Shown: positions 47,764-57,574 of the stretch, piece by piece
Position numbering within the stretch: the first letter of the stretch is position 1
How the letters are laid out: each line of letters opens with the position of its first letter
Assembly (NCBI GenBank): GCA_963782435.1
Contig: CAWAKF010000050.1
Location: forward strand, 74,599-138,598
Source: an uncultured delta proteobacterium
GTDB taxonomy: Bacteria; Desulfobacterota; RBG-13-43-22
Length of the DNA stretch: 64,000 nucleotides
Direction of reading: 5' to 3'
Program-made: the position numbers and the translations under genes
Notes under the pieces: model-generated
The model's database searches: none
Told to the model about the DNA's origin: nothing
The model's input: only the letters and a program-made list of their open reading frames with translations

Positions 47764-49449
47764 ATGGCCAAAAAGAGCACGCCGTTGTTTGAGGTCAATT
47801 TCCAGGATTATGAGCATCAGAGTCCCTGGGTAAGGCCGGGAAGACCCTGGGAAAAACTTTATGTTGAAGGAGTCCCCAAGACCGTCCGTTATCCTGAGAT
47901 ACCCCTGCATTATCTCGGCCGGGAGACCGCCCGCAAATACCCGCACAATCTGGCCATTTATTCTATCCAGGACCAGAGGAAATACACCTATCTGGAGCTG
48001 ATGCACTATAGTGATCGGATCGCCGCCGGGCTCTCCGAATTGGGTGTAAAAAAGGGGGACGGGGTCGGTCTTTACATGATCAATTCCCCTGAATTCATTT
48101 TTTCTGTTTACGGGATCAGCCAGACCGGGGCGGTGATCGTTCCGCTTAACCCGATGCTCAAGGCCCCGGACATAGAACACATCGCCAAAGACAGCGGCAT
48201 TCTCAAAACCGTCATCTGCAGTTCCATTTTTCAACCGATTGTGGAGCAGGTCGGGAAGCAAACCCAAATAGAACATATCATCGTCCACGGTCAAAAATCA
48301 GGAGGGGCGATCAGCCTGGAAGAACTTATCGAGAATCACCCGGCCCGTCCGCCTGTAGTTGAAATCAATCCCAAGGAAGACCTCTGCGTCCTCCTCTACA
48401 CCGGCGGGACCACCGGCGCGCCTAAAGGGGTTATGATCACCCATTATAACCTGACTTCCAATGTCTTCCAGATGGCCGCCTACGAGGTAAATTTTCAAGG
48501 GGATGAAGACATCAAAGTCTCGAGCATTGATGTCCTGCCCATGTGTCATTCCTTTGGGTTTTCCCAGGTTCAGCTTAAGATATCCCTGGGGACTCTTATG
48601 ATGCTCTATAACGGATTTAATCCGGAGCAAATTATGCAGTATATCGAAATGTATCATGCGGAGAGTTTTATCGGCATACCTCTTATGTTTCAAATGTTGA
48701 TCAACGATCCGAGCTTCGGCAAACACGACCTCTCTTCCCTGGAAATGGTTGTTTCGGGCGCGGCCCCGCTGCCCGGAGAACTGGCCCGGAAATGGAAAGA
48801 AATGGTCGGCTCCAGCGTGGGACAGGGATACGGCCTCAGCGAGACCAGTCCGGCCACGCACATGAAGCCCACCTGGCTCGACCTTGACCCGGCCAGTATC
48901 GGAATCCCCCTGGTTGATACGGACGCCAAAATCGTCGATCCGGAAACCCGCTCCAGGGAGCTTTCTCCGGGCGAGATCGGGGAGCTGGTCATTAAGGGAC
49001 CACAAGTCATGAAAGGATATTGGAAACAGGAATCAAAGACCTTGGAAACAATCATAGATGGATGGCTTTATACCAGGGACCTGGCCTATATGGACGAGCA
49101 AGGCTGTTTTTATATTTCCGGACGCCAGACCGACATGATCAAGTACAAGGGCTACAAAGTGTTGCCCGATGAGGTGGAAGACGGCCTGCACAATCATCCG
49201 GCTGTCCTGGAGTGCGCCGTGATCGGACTGCCCGATCCGCAAATAGGGGAAACCATCAAGGCCTATATCGTATTAAGAGAGGAACATAAGGGCAAAATCA
49301 GTGAGCAGGACATCATCGACTGGGCAAAAAAAGAAATGGCCGGTTATAAATGGCCCCGGCTGGTGGAATTCATCGATCAGGTCCCCAGGACCGCGGTCGG
49401 TAAAGTCTTTCGCCGGGCACTAAAGGAAATGGAATCAAAAAGGTCCTGA
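47764..49449 (+). CDS. long-chain-fatty-acid--CoA ligase (AMP-forming)
   Basis: 561 aa with YTGGTTGAPKG. SD GGAGAGG upstream. Confidence 0.92.
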   Translation: MAKKSTPLFEVNFQDYEHQSPWVRPGRPWEKLYVEGVPKTVRYPEIPLHYLGRETARKYPHNLAIYSIQDQRKYTYLELMHYSDRIAAGLSELGVKKGDGVGLYMINSPEFIFSVYGISQTGAVIVPLNPMLKAPDIEHIAKDSGILKTVICSSIFQPIVEQVGKQTQIEHIIVHGQKSGGAISLEELIENHPARPPVVEINPKEDLCVLLYTGGTTGAPKGVMITHYNLTSNVFQMAAYEVNFQGDEDIKVSSIDVLPMCHSFGFSQVQLKISLGTLMMLYNGFNPEQIMQYIEMYHAESFIGIPLMFQMLINDPSFGKHDLSSLEMVVSGAAPLPGELARKWKEMVGSSVGQGYGLSETSPATHMKPTWLDLDPASIGIPLVDTDAKIVDPETRSRELSPGEIGELVIKGPQVMKGYWKQESKTLETIIDGWLYTRDLAYMDEQGCFYISGRQTDMIKYKGYKVLPDEVEDGLHNHPAVLECAVIGLPDPQIGETIKAYIVLREEHKGKISEQDIIDWAKKEMAGYKWPRLVEFIDQVPRTAVGKVFRRALKEMESKRS

Positions 49450-49722
49450 TCGTTTAAAGAAAACACCGGTTCCTTCCTATCGGCCTGTTGTGTTTTGATT
49501 TCGGTTAAAAAAATAAGGGAGACTTAGTAACTTCTGAGGAAAGCGGGACTATACGGATCTGGACTTTGCAAATTTAAGGAATAAAGAAATAAAGATGAAA
49601 CAACCCCTTCCTGCTTGGTGGCTTCACCTAAAAATGTGGAGGCCATCCATCGCAAAAATTGATGATTTCCGATTGAAAGAGTGATTAAGACTATGCTCAG
49701 CCAGAGGCCGCCTTGTGGCTGT

Positions 49723-50199
49723 CTAATCTATACAAAGATTCATGAGAAATCTTCCTCTATCAATAAATACTGATTTCCTCACGATTCCCACGTATCCGGC
49801 AGCGGGACCTGAACTACGTGTCGATCTCATATTCGCGCGGTAAACGTCTGGCATCAATTCATATATGTCATAAGTGCCGTTTTCAATCTCGAACGATCCT
49901 AATATGGCAGCGACCCTATCAAGCATCTGGTAAGTGACACCAACGCTATCCGTTTTTATCTTTGCGCACTTAATAACGACTTTTCGGTTGTTGATTTCGT
50001 ATTCATTACTCCTGGTATTCCCGGTCTTCAGGCCACCGAGTTTCTCAGCAATTATACTGGCTGTCTGCAATCCGTACTCAACCGCTCTTGCGCCACTTTC
50101 TTGCCCCTGTGGCATCGTCAATCTTTCATTTTCATGTTTTTTTTCGCCAAACGAAACCGTTTTGTTAGCCCGTTTCTGTTTCCTCTGGTTACCGCCCAA
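49723..50199 (-). CDS. hypothetical protein
   Basis: 158-aa ORF with a basic N-terminus. An alternative start is M29 at 50115. No family recognised. It is preceded by leader copy B. Confidence 0.5.
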   Translation of the reverse strand: MGGNQRKQKRANKTVSFGEKKHENERLTMPQGQESGARAVEYGLQTASIIAEKLGGLKTGNTRSNEYEINNRKVVIKCAKIKTDSVGVTYQMLDRVAAILGSFEIENGTYDIYELMPDVYRANMRSTRSSGPAAGYVGIVRKSVFIDRGRFLMNLCID

Positions 50200-50267
50200 T
50201 TTTGTTTTAATGGATATGACTACCCTTCTTTAAAAGTATTAACTTCAAATATTGATTTTTACCTCAT

Positions 50268-50431
50268 TTAAACAAAAAACCCCACCTCTCGGTTAAGAAA
50301 CGTGATTTCCTCCTCCTCCATTGGCTTGCCCTCCCTTTAGGGTAAAGGGGCGATGCTGGAAGACGGATTACCTTACCGATTTGGTCTTTGAATATAGTGG
50401 ATTATACACGATTTGGGGAAAAGAAAATAGG
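50268..50431 (-). promoter_or_regulatory. promoter + structured leader + 17-codon mini-ORF + attenuator, copy B
   Basis: TGTATAAT (50401-50408). Core CCGUCUUCCAGCAUCGCC. Hairpin CCCUUUA-ccc-UAAAGGG overlaps the SD. ATG at 50321 encodes MEEEEITFLNREVGFFV. A hairpin plus U6 lies at 50273-50305. Confidence 0.55.
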
Positions 50432-50861
50432 GGGTTTTTCTCTGGAGTGGGATCATTAAATTGGGGGGGTCCGTCAAAGAATACCGTTTGTACTCTTCCG
50501 GTTTTTTAAAAATTGAATTTAAAGGATAGCAGGAAGCAATGCTTCCGGTAGCCACCTATCTCCTTAAAATAAAACATCATTTTTTTCAATTAACCCTCCT
50601 AAAATTATAACATTTCAAATGGTTATAAATAGCTATCAAGAATTTCCCCCATTAATCTTGTCAATATTATTTGTTTTTTCGGTCAGTGTCACCTAAGAGG
50701 GAACTGATTCCGGCTATTGCAAAAAATTGTTTGATAAAAATGGGGAGATGGTAAAGAAACAACTGGGGGAAAAAAGGGGGCTATTAGTGTTTATGAGGAG
50801 TTTACTCAGACCGCAAACATCGTATCAAAAAAAATATTGAAATAATAAAGTTACCATAGGT

Positions 50862-51872
50862 TTATTTTAACTCCTTCAGTTTATTCAAAACTAACTGACC
50901 TGGATCAAAGTTGCCTTTTGCTTCCTTTAATAGACCCCCCAAAGGTATTTCCGCCCTGGCGGCATCTTTGTGCCCGCCAGCAGAGGCTCCCCATTGTTCA
51001 AAAAGTCGCTGGGCCGTTTTTCCAGCATTTCCACGAAAGCTCGCCTTTCTCAGAATAACGATCAACTTATCCTGGTTTATACCTGAGATGACGCTCCAGG
51101 TCGTTTCTGCAAGCCTAAGAAAAAAATCTGCCAGGATCACAAGAACATCGGGGTTTTCCACCTCTCCCATATAGACAAAGGATATTTTTTTAAAAAAGAC
51201 CAATTTCTCTATGGCGATTTTATAATTCGTCAGCATCTTTTTCGTCATTCCGGAGTTTTCAATCTTTTTGATGATATTCATATTTGAGTATTGATAGAGG
51301 TATCTGAAAGCACTGACATCGTTGGAGACGGAATCTCTCATAAAACTATTAGTATCTGTTTTTATACCATAGAAGAGAGCTGTAGCAAGCATCTGTGAAG
51401 GTCTAATTTTAGCCGCCTTGAGGTATTCGGTCATTATCGTTGAATTTGCGCCGTAGCTTTCTCTAATATCAATGAAACGGGCCTTAGATGCCGAATCAAC
51501 CGGATGATGATCGATGATAATATCAAAAGTCAGGTTCATAAACTGCTCATTATGGTGTGGTTGGGAATCAAGAAGACCCCATTTGGTGATTTGGGCAGGG
51601 TTCATATGCTGAATATGCTGCTGCTTGAAATTAAAGAGTTTGATGAAGGCTAAATTATCGGCTCGCTGAATGGTATTGACATGATAAATCAAAATCCTTT
51701 TTACTTTTCGCCACAATAATCTTTTTAAGGCAGCTGCACTGGCCATGGCATCAGGGTCGGCATTGATCAAAATAGCCAGTATATCATCCTGATCCAAAAT
51801 TTCTGTAAGTCGATTGTACTTTTCAGTTGAAGTAAGGGATTTCGGGAAGGGCCGTACTTTAATATTGTTCAT
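50862..51872 (-). CDS. DHH/DHHA1-family phosphoesterase (NrnA-like)
   Basis: DHH motif IIIDHHP and DHHA1 motif GGHKDAA. Start moved to MNNIKVRPF at 51872 because a TTGACC-N17-TATATT promoter lies inside the longer track ORF. Confidence 0.82.
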   Translation of the reverse strand: MNNIKVRPFPKSLTSTEKYNRLTEILDQDDILAILINADPDAMASAAALKRLLWRKVKRILIYHVNTIQRADNLAFIKLFNFKQQHIQHMNPAQITKWGLLDSQPHHNEQFMNLTFDIIIDHHPVDSASKARFIDIRESYGANSTIMTEYLKAAKIRPSQMLATALFYGIKTDTNSFMRDSVSNDVSAFRYLYQYSNMNIIKKIENSGMTKKMLTNYKIAIEKLVFFKKISFVYMGEVENPDVLVILADFFLRLAETTWSVISGINQDKLIVILRKASFRGNAGKTAQRLFEQWGASAGGHKDAARAEIPLGGLLKEAKGNFDPGQLVLNKLKELK

Positions 51873-51928
51873 ATGAGCCTGCTCCTCGGCTTCCAGTTTG
51901 ATGAGAAAATCTCTTTTTGTTACAAAAA

Positions 51929-51957
51929 ATATAAGCCAAGAAAAAGACAGGGTCAAG
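51929..51957 (-). promoter_or_regulatory. sigma70-like promoter
   Basis: Minus strand reads ctctccTTGACC-N17-TATATT. Confidence 0.5.
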
Positions 51958-52350
51958 GAGAGAGATAGGGCTATGTAAGTTGAATTTTACTTAATGAATA
52001 TCATTTGTACTCTGCCATCTTTGCTTTTTAAGAGGTTTGCGGATAGCAGGAAGAAGCCCTTATCCGATCTCCCTGTGCTCCTTTGAGATCTCCTTCCCGC
52101 CTCCATTATAAATTAATTTTCGGTTAGGGAAATGTCTCAATTACATTGGCCCTGAGGGCTACCAAGGTGTCTTTAGCCTTCAAACTGAATCTAACTTCAA
52201 CGGTAGTTAGCTATGCAGCACAACGCGGAGAAAAGTTTGCCAAAGAGAAAAACTTTCAACTGGCACTTTGAGACATACAGTTAATCAGGATCCTCCCACA
52301 TACTTCTAATATGATCTCAACGGAAAGCTTCTTGCAAAACCATCCCAACC

Positions 52351-53354
52351 TTACCGCCAGTGGACCATGGACAAGCCCGGAACCGGGGATTGGAAATATG
52401 GGATACGGGTGCCCTTGAGGCTGCCGATGTAGGCGGTGCACAGATCCCGCCCGCCAAAGGTGATGCTGGCAAACCAGGGAGCGATAGTTCCACCCGCGGC
52501 GAGCATCATCTCCGGGGTTAACCGATCTTCGATAAAGGCTTGTTCCATAGCGAGAGATGCGGCTTCGTTTCCGTCTTCCAAAAAGATGTGAAATTCCCCT
52601 TCCGGGGTAAGGAAGAAAAGCTGGTCTGACATGACCAGGGTTCCCCACAAATTTCCGAATGCGTCGAAGGCGATGCCGTCAGGGAACCCAAACGGGCCCA
52701 GTTTGGAAGGACCGAAGACCTCCCGCCTGGACAAGGAACCGTCTGCCGCCACCTTCATGCGGGAAATGCGTTGCCCGGTAGTCTCCACAATGTAGATATA
52801 TTCTTCCTTCTCATCTAGCCGGATTTCATTTGTGAACCGGAACCCGTCGGCGACGATGCGGATCCCCTTTTCATCCACCAGAGCGATATACCCGTCAGCC
52901 ACATTGGGGCTCATGGCTTTCATCCAGTTTTTTATTCGGGTGGAAACTGTCAGCCAGATCCGATTTTTCGAATCGCGGAGGACGAAATTCACCTTGCCGA
53001 TGGGCTCGCCGTCAATCTGGTCGTAGAGGGTCCGGGTTTTTCCGTCCCGCTTCATGACCTCCAGTAGGTCCGTGCCGAAGTTGGAAATCAGAATGTCTCC
53101 GTTTTCCGCAAAAGCGAGTCCGTTCGGCAGGGTTCCCTGAGTGAAGCGGATAGCGTCATCAGTCGCTCCCCGGAAGGAGGAGGCAAAGTCCTGAGTGACG
53201 ATCTCCTGCTTCCCATCCGGCATGATCTTCATCACGCCTCCCCGCGGTCGGCCACCCAGAGCGTGCCGTTTGGTTCCGCGAGAATGCATTCCGGGCGCTG
53301 TAGATCATGACCCGTATAACGAATCTGAGAACGATCGACCTGGAAGCTAATCAT
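52351..53354 (-). pseudogene. SMP-30/gluconolactonase/LRE-family protein, frameshifted
   Basis: ATG at 53354 gives MISFQVDRSQIRYTGHDLQRPECILAEPNGTLWVADRGEA*. The track ORF continues GGVMKIMPDGKQ... in another frame. The frames join if one G is added at the C4 run 53240-53243. Confidence 0.75.
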
Positions 53355-53477
53355 TGGATTTTTCACCAAGGCCACCCCCTAAAAAATAAAAACGCGTCTT
53401 AGCCCACCGGATAGAGAATAAAATGTATCCACGCGTAGTTAAACTTAATGATAAGAATTTTCTTTTTTTAGTAGGAA

Positions 53478-53506
53478 AGTTTAATTGGAGAAAATATCGG
53501 AGTCAA
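53478..53506 (-). promoter_or_regulatory. sigma70-like promoter
   Basis: Minus strand reads ttctccTTGACT-N17-TAAACT, about 120 nt upstream of the ATG at 53354. Confidence 0.45.
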
Positions 53507-53739
53507 GGAGAAAATCGGTCAAGAAAAAGAGGAAACAGGATGTTCTCAAAAAAACACAAGATAATTTGCAAAAACTTTTCCTTTCAGTCCTGATGTGTAC
53601 TTAACAGGTCGAGTAATCTGGGGAATACCCGGATCAGGAAAGGCTTCCTCATAGAAAGGAAACTTGAAGTCCGAGTAGTCTATCGTAATTTCGAGGACTT
53701 TGGGTTTAGGTGGGGGGTCAGGGAGGTTTACTTAATCGA

Positions 53740-53995
53740 GTCGAGTAGCCCGGGGGAATTTCACCCCCAGGCCCTCACAGATCCGGACGTGACAGTCTCC
53801 CGTCATCCGGCTCCTATCATCCAGTTGCCTTTTATAGCAACTTTACCTTGCTTCCTGGTTCCTCCCATCGCTGGTTGACCATAAGGCAAGGACGGATGAT
53901 CCGACCCCTTCACTCCATTCCCGTTACAGGAACTTCCACACTACTACGAGTTGGTCCGCCCCTGTGCCCCGCATCGGTACTCTCATCTGTGAGTT
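53740..53995 (-). mobile_element. group II intron fragment: second ORF-less, more deeply 5'-truncated copy
   Basis: It has DVI, DV and the same ORF-less DIV as the 18.3 kb copy. Homology to the full-length intron fades around 53987-53998. Confidence 0.85.
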
Positions 53996-54019
53996 CATCG
54001 ATTAGTCGAAAATGGTAGG

Positions 54020-54499
54020 TCACCTGTTATCGCCTCTCAGCGCATTTCTTGAGGCCCTATCCACAATTGTAAAAATTCTATCAATATCATCTTTTTGAGT
54101 TGATAGCCGATGTCCAGACACCTTAACAAATTCAAAGTCTTTTTTATCGGTCAAAGTATAAAATTGCTGATACAGCTTATAATTGTTGAGGAGCTTTTTT
54201 TTCTTTGAACGATAATTATTTAGCTCAAACCCATCACGTCGTCCCTGTAAACCCATTATGTTTTGAGAATCTGTATAAACAATCACCCTACCCTCCCAAG
54301 CTTGAATATCGCTTAGCGCCCATAATAAAGTCTCCAATTCCAATTTCGTTGAAGACGTATGCTCAAATCGCCTCACTTTCACTCTTGTCCTCAATGTTTC
54401 CAACGGAAGTCCACGTTCAGACACAGCGAGGTAAACTCCATATCCAATATTTGTCTGAATATTCACACTTCCATCTGTGAATAGCATTAGTTCAACCAT
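54020..54499 (-). CDS. rnhA: ribonuclease H (type 1)
   Basis: 159 aa with RNase HI catalytic contexts FTDGS, ELETLLWAL, YTDSQ and VSGH...D. The gene is visibly AT-rich compared with its neighbours. Confidence 0.75.
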   Translation of the reverse strand: MVELMLFTDGSVNIQTNIGYGVYLAVSERGLPLETLRTRVKVRRFEHTSSTKLELETLLWALSDIQAWEGRVIVYTDSQNIMGLQGRRDGFELNNYRSKKKKLLNNYKLYQQFYTLTDKKDFEFVKVSGHRLSTQKDDIDRIFTIVDRASRNALRGDNR

Positions 54500-54853
54500 A
54501 AAAATATTCTCATATTTTATAAATATTTTTTATCCAAACAGGTGCAATATTCTTTTTTTATCTTTTTTGAGTTAATATCATCGAAATCTTATTCTTTACT
54601 TGTGAGTAATCCCGATGATGCAATTCTACCTTCTTCCTTGATCCACATTTTTAATAGAGGATCACTGCCTTCATCCATGACTTGCCGGATTCGTTTGATC
54701 GTATTTCCACGTAATTGATGCTTTATTTGTGCATAGGAATAAAATTTTTAAATTTATGCTTTTCTTAAATATTAAATTCCAAAGATTTATCGGAATAATT
54801 AGGATTTTCTTGATGATCTCTTCTCCCCTGAAAAAATTTATTTTGACGTATTG

Positions 54854-54882
54854 ATTATAAAGTTAGGATAATACGGAATCAA
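54854..54882 (-). promoter_or_regulatory. sigma70-like promoter
   Basis: Minus strand reads ttccttcTTGATT-N17-TATAAT, pointing toward the HTH relic and the RNase H gene. Confidence 0.5.
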
Positions 54883-55141
54883 GAAGGAAAAGAGGTCTGA
54901 ATAAAAAGTTTGGTCTGATTATCTTTTTTAATTACAATTTGAACCCTTTTATTTTTCCATTAAATAGGTTGGTAAATTTCAGGAAACAATTCTCCAAACT
55001 AACCCCGCTTCCCCAAGTAAATACTCTCAGGTTGCTCAAATAATCCCATCAAAATCTCCAGATTACCGGCAGCCTTAATCAGGACTTGAATCTTTCAAAT
55101 CGAAGTCCAGTGTTTACAAAATCCTGGAAAGTAGATCCCCC

Positions 55142-55211
55142 AGTCTCTGAAAGAGACTATAAAAAGAGTTCTTGCTTGACGGTCTATCGTTGTTTCTCTA
55201 TATTATATTTC
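55142..55211 (+). promoter_or_regulatory. hairpin + sigma70 promoter cassette, copy B
   Basis: Hairpin AGTCTCT-gaa-AGAGACT followed by aaaagagttcttgcTTGACG-N17-TATATT. It lies 42 nt upstream of the aldolase ATG. Confidence 0.6.
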
Positions 55212-55252
55212 ATTGATATTATGGAACGAAACAAATAGGCAGAGAGGATCTC

Positions 55253-56041
55253 ATGAGAAAAAACACAGCACTTGCCAAATGGCGCGCCGGGGAGCAGACG
55301 ATTGGCGCCTGGTTGTCTTTGGCCAACACGCACACCGCCGAGATGATGGCCAACGCCGGTTTCGACTGGTTGTGCGTTGACCTGCAGCACGGGCTGCTGG
55401 ATTACCAGGACCTGCTGCACATGCTTCCGGCCATCTCCACCACTGCGGTGGCGCCGATTGTGCGCGTGTCCGGTAACGACCCCAAGGAAATCATGAAGGT
55501 ACTGGACGCCGGGGCCCTCGGGGTAATCGTGCCGCTGGTCAACAATCGCCAGGATGCCCTGGCCGCCATCTCGGCCTGCCGCTATCCGCCGAGTGGTATC
55601 CGCTCTTTCGGCCCCATTCGTGCTGCCCTCTACGGCGGCCGTGGTTACGCAACCGAGGCTAATGACGAGATTGCCTGCATCGCCATGATTGAAACCAAGG
55701 AAGGGGTTGAAAATCTCGAATCCATCGTAACCACGCCCGGACTGGACGCCATCTATGTCGGCCCGTCGGATCTCGCCCTGGCCCTGGGGCTGCCGGCCCG
55801 CGGGGATACGGACGATCCGCTGCACCTGGCAACGGTCGACAGGATTCTATCGAGTTGTAAACAGCATGGTCTGCCCGTAGGTATCCACACCAACGGTCTG
55901 GCCTACACGCAGCGCCGGCTTAAAGCCGGATTCAATTTCGTGACCCTTAATTCGGATGCCGGTTTTATGATGCGGGCGGTTTACTCCGACCTGGCCGCGG
56001 CGCGGGCCGCTCAGAATAAGGAGCAGGGAACCACCGGCTGA
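55253..56041 (+). CDS. HpcH/HpaI-family aldolase
   Basis: 262 aa: WLSLANTHTAEMMANAGFDWLCVDLQHG...RVSGNDP...IAMIETKEG...DAIYVGPSDL. It is strikingly GC-rich. The 213-aa antisense ORF is an artefact. Confidence 0.9.
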   Translation: MRKNTALAKWRAGEQTIGAWLSLANTHTAEMMANAGFDWLCVDLQHGLLDYQDLLHMLPAISTTAVAPIVRVSGNDPKEIMKVLDAGALGVIVPLVNNRQDALAAISACRYPPSGIRSFGPIRAALYGGRGYATEANDEIACIAMIETKEGVENLESIVTTPGLDAIYVGPSDLALALGLPARGDTDDPLHLATVDRILSSCKQHGLPVGIHTNGLAYTQRRLKAGFNFVTLNSDAGFMMRAVYSDLAAARAAQNKEQGTTG

Positions 56042-56211
56042 TTGTGAGATAGGCTCATCCGGAAATGATTTTTTCGAAAAAGCACTATCAGCGGTTAGCG
56101 GTCAGCTCTTAGAAAACCCTTTAAAAAGAGCTTGTGCGGACTGCTTATATACTAATAGCTATCCGCTCCATTCGGAACTCTTGAATATCCGGGTGGATAC
56201 GAGCTAAAAGT

Positions 56212-57219
56212 TTAAGTGGGTTGAAAATGGGGGGAATCCCGAAAGGCCTCCGGGTTGACGCAATTCGGAGGCAGCTCTCCACGGATACCGGCCAGCAGGT
56301 TTTTTGCGGCCATCACAGCCATCCTTTCCCGGGTCTTGATACTGGCACTGCCGATATGCGGGGTAATGATAACATTGCCCAAGGAAAGCAGAGGGTCATC
56401 CGGAAGGATCGGTTCGACCGCAGTTACGTCCAGTCCGGCGGCGAAGATTCGTCCAGCCCGGAGGGCCTCATAAAGGGCCCGCTGGTCCACGAGGCCTCCC
56501 CGGGCCGTGTTGATGAACACGGCATTTTTTTTCATGAGCTGAAATTCAGCCTGGCCGATGAGTCTCTCGGTGGTGGGTGTCAGCGGGACGTGAACGCTGA
56601 TAAAATCGGAGGAGGACAGCAAGTCCTTCAGTTCCGCCACATATTCCACCCCTAATTCCTTTTCCAAGGGTTCGCTTTTCCTATGCGGTCCGTGATACAG
56701 TATCCGCATGCCAAACCCCCGGGCCCTCCTGGCCATCTCAATTCCGATACGGCCCAACCCGATGATGCCCAGGGTGGCCCCGTGTACATCCTGCCCCAGG
56801 AAACCCATAGGACTCCAGGTCTTCCAATCCCCTCGCCTCGTGTACTCATGACCTTCGACTACTCTCCTTGCGGAAGCCAGGAGAAGGGCAAAGGCCAGGT
56901 CGGCCGTGGTTTCGGTTAAGACATTTGGGGTATTGCCCACCACGATCCCCCGTTTGCCGGCCTCAAACAGGTCCACATTATCATACCCAACGGCATAATT
57001 ACTGATCACCTTCAGATTGGGGGCAGCATTTATCAGGTCCTTATCGATGCGATCGGTCAGAAGGGTCAGCAGGCCCTCGGTTTGAACGGCTTTTTGGACA
57101 AGCAAGTCATAAGGTGGGGGCAGTTCCTCCGGCCATAGCTCCATATTAGTCTCGGCAGCAATCCTGTCCAAGGCTTCCTGGGCTATCCGACGGGTGACAA
57201 AAACTTTCGGTTTGGCCAT
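56212..57219 (-). CDS. D-2-hydroxyacid dehydrogenase (glyoxylate/hydroxypyruvate reductase-like)
   Basis: 335 aa with the NAD motif GIIGLGRIG and the catalytic R/E/H context (...TPHIGSA). Confidence 0.9.
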   Translation of the reverse strand: MAKPKVFVTRRIAQEALDRIAAETNMELWPEELPPPYDLLVQKAVQTEGLLTLLTDRIDKDLINAAPNLKVISNYAVGYDNVDLFEAGKRGIVVGNTPNVLTETTADLAFALLLASARRVVEGHEYTRRGDWKTWSPMGFLGQDVHGATLGIIGLGRIGIEMARRARGFGMRILYHGPHRKSEPLEKELGVEYVAELKDLLSSSDFISVHVPLTPTTERLIGQAEFQLMKKNAVFINTARGGLVDQRALYEALRAGRIFAAGLDVTAVEPILPDDPLLSLGNVIITPHIGSASIKTRERMAVMAAKNLLAGIRGELPPNCVNPEAFRDSPHFQPT

Positions 57220-57389
57220 ACTTTTTCCTGAATGCTTTGCACATCTTAAAGAGATTAAAATAAAATTGACATAGAGGATCGGGGGCTTTATTTTTGGGGT
57301 TGTCCACCCTGCCCCGCCATGGCGGAACCAGGACAGTCCTTTTTAATTCAAGTCCTTCAGTTTCATGTCAAGATTATTATGAGATAGAT

Positions 57390-57509
57390 TCGCAAAAAGG
57401 TCGTCATTCCCGCGCAGTCGGGAATCCAGGCTTTTCGCAACCAGTTAATAATACTGGATTCCCGTTTTCACGGGAATGACAAAAACGGGCTTCCTACAAC
57501 TTTTTGCGA
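57390..57509. repeat. double-hairpin REP/MITE-like element, copy R3
   Basis: tcgcaaaaag...gtcATTCCCGcgcagtCGGGAATccagg...ctggaTTCCCGttttcaCGGGAAtgac...ctttttgcga, with 10-nt terminal inverted repeats. Confidence 0.85.
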
Positions 57510-57574
57510 GAACATCTTATGAGCCCCCTAATAACGGATCTGCCCCAATCGATACTGGTTTCGGAATAATAACC

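Noticed and set aside
47695-49055. Three minus-strand ORFs (199, 235 and 121 aa)
   Set aside because: All are antisense to the AMP-binding CoA ligase, whose motifs are unambiguous.
55184-55825. 213-aa minus-strand ORF
   Set aside because: It is antisense to the GC-rich aldolase gene. Long antisense ORFs are expected at high GC, and the sequence is Gly/Arg-rich and featureless.
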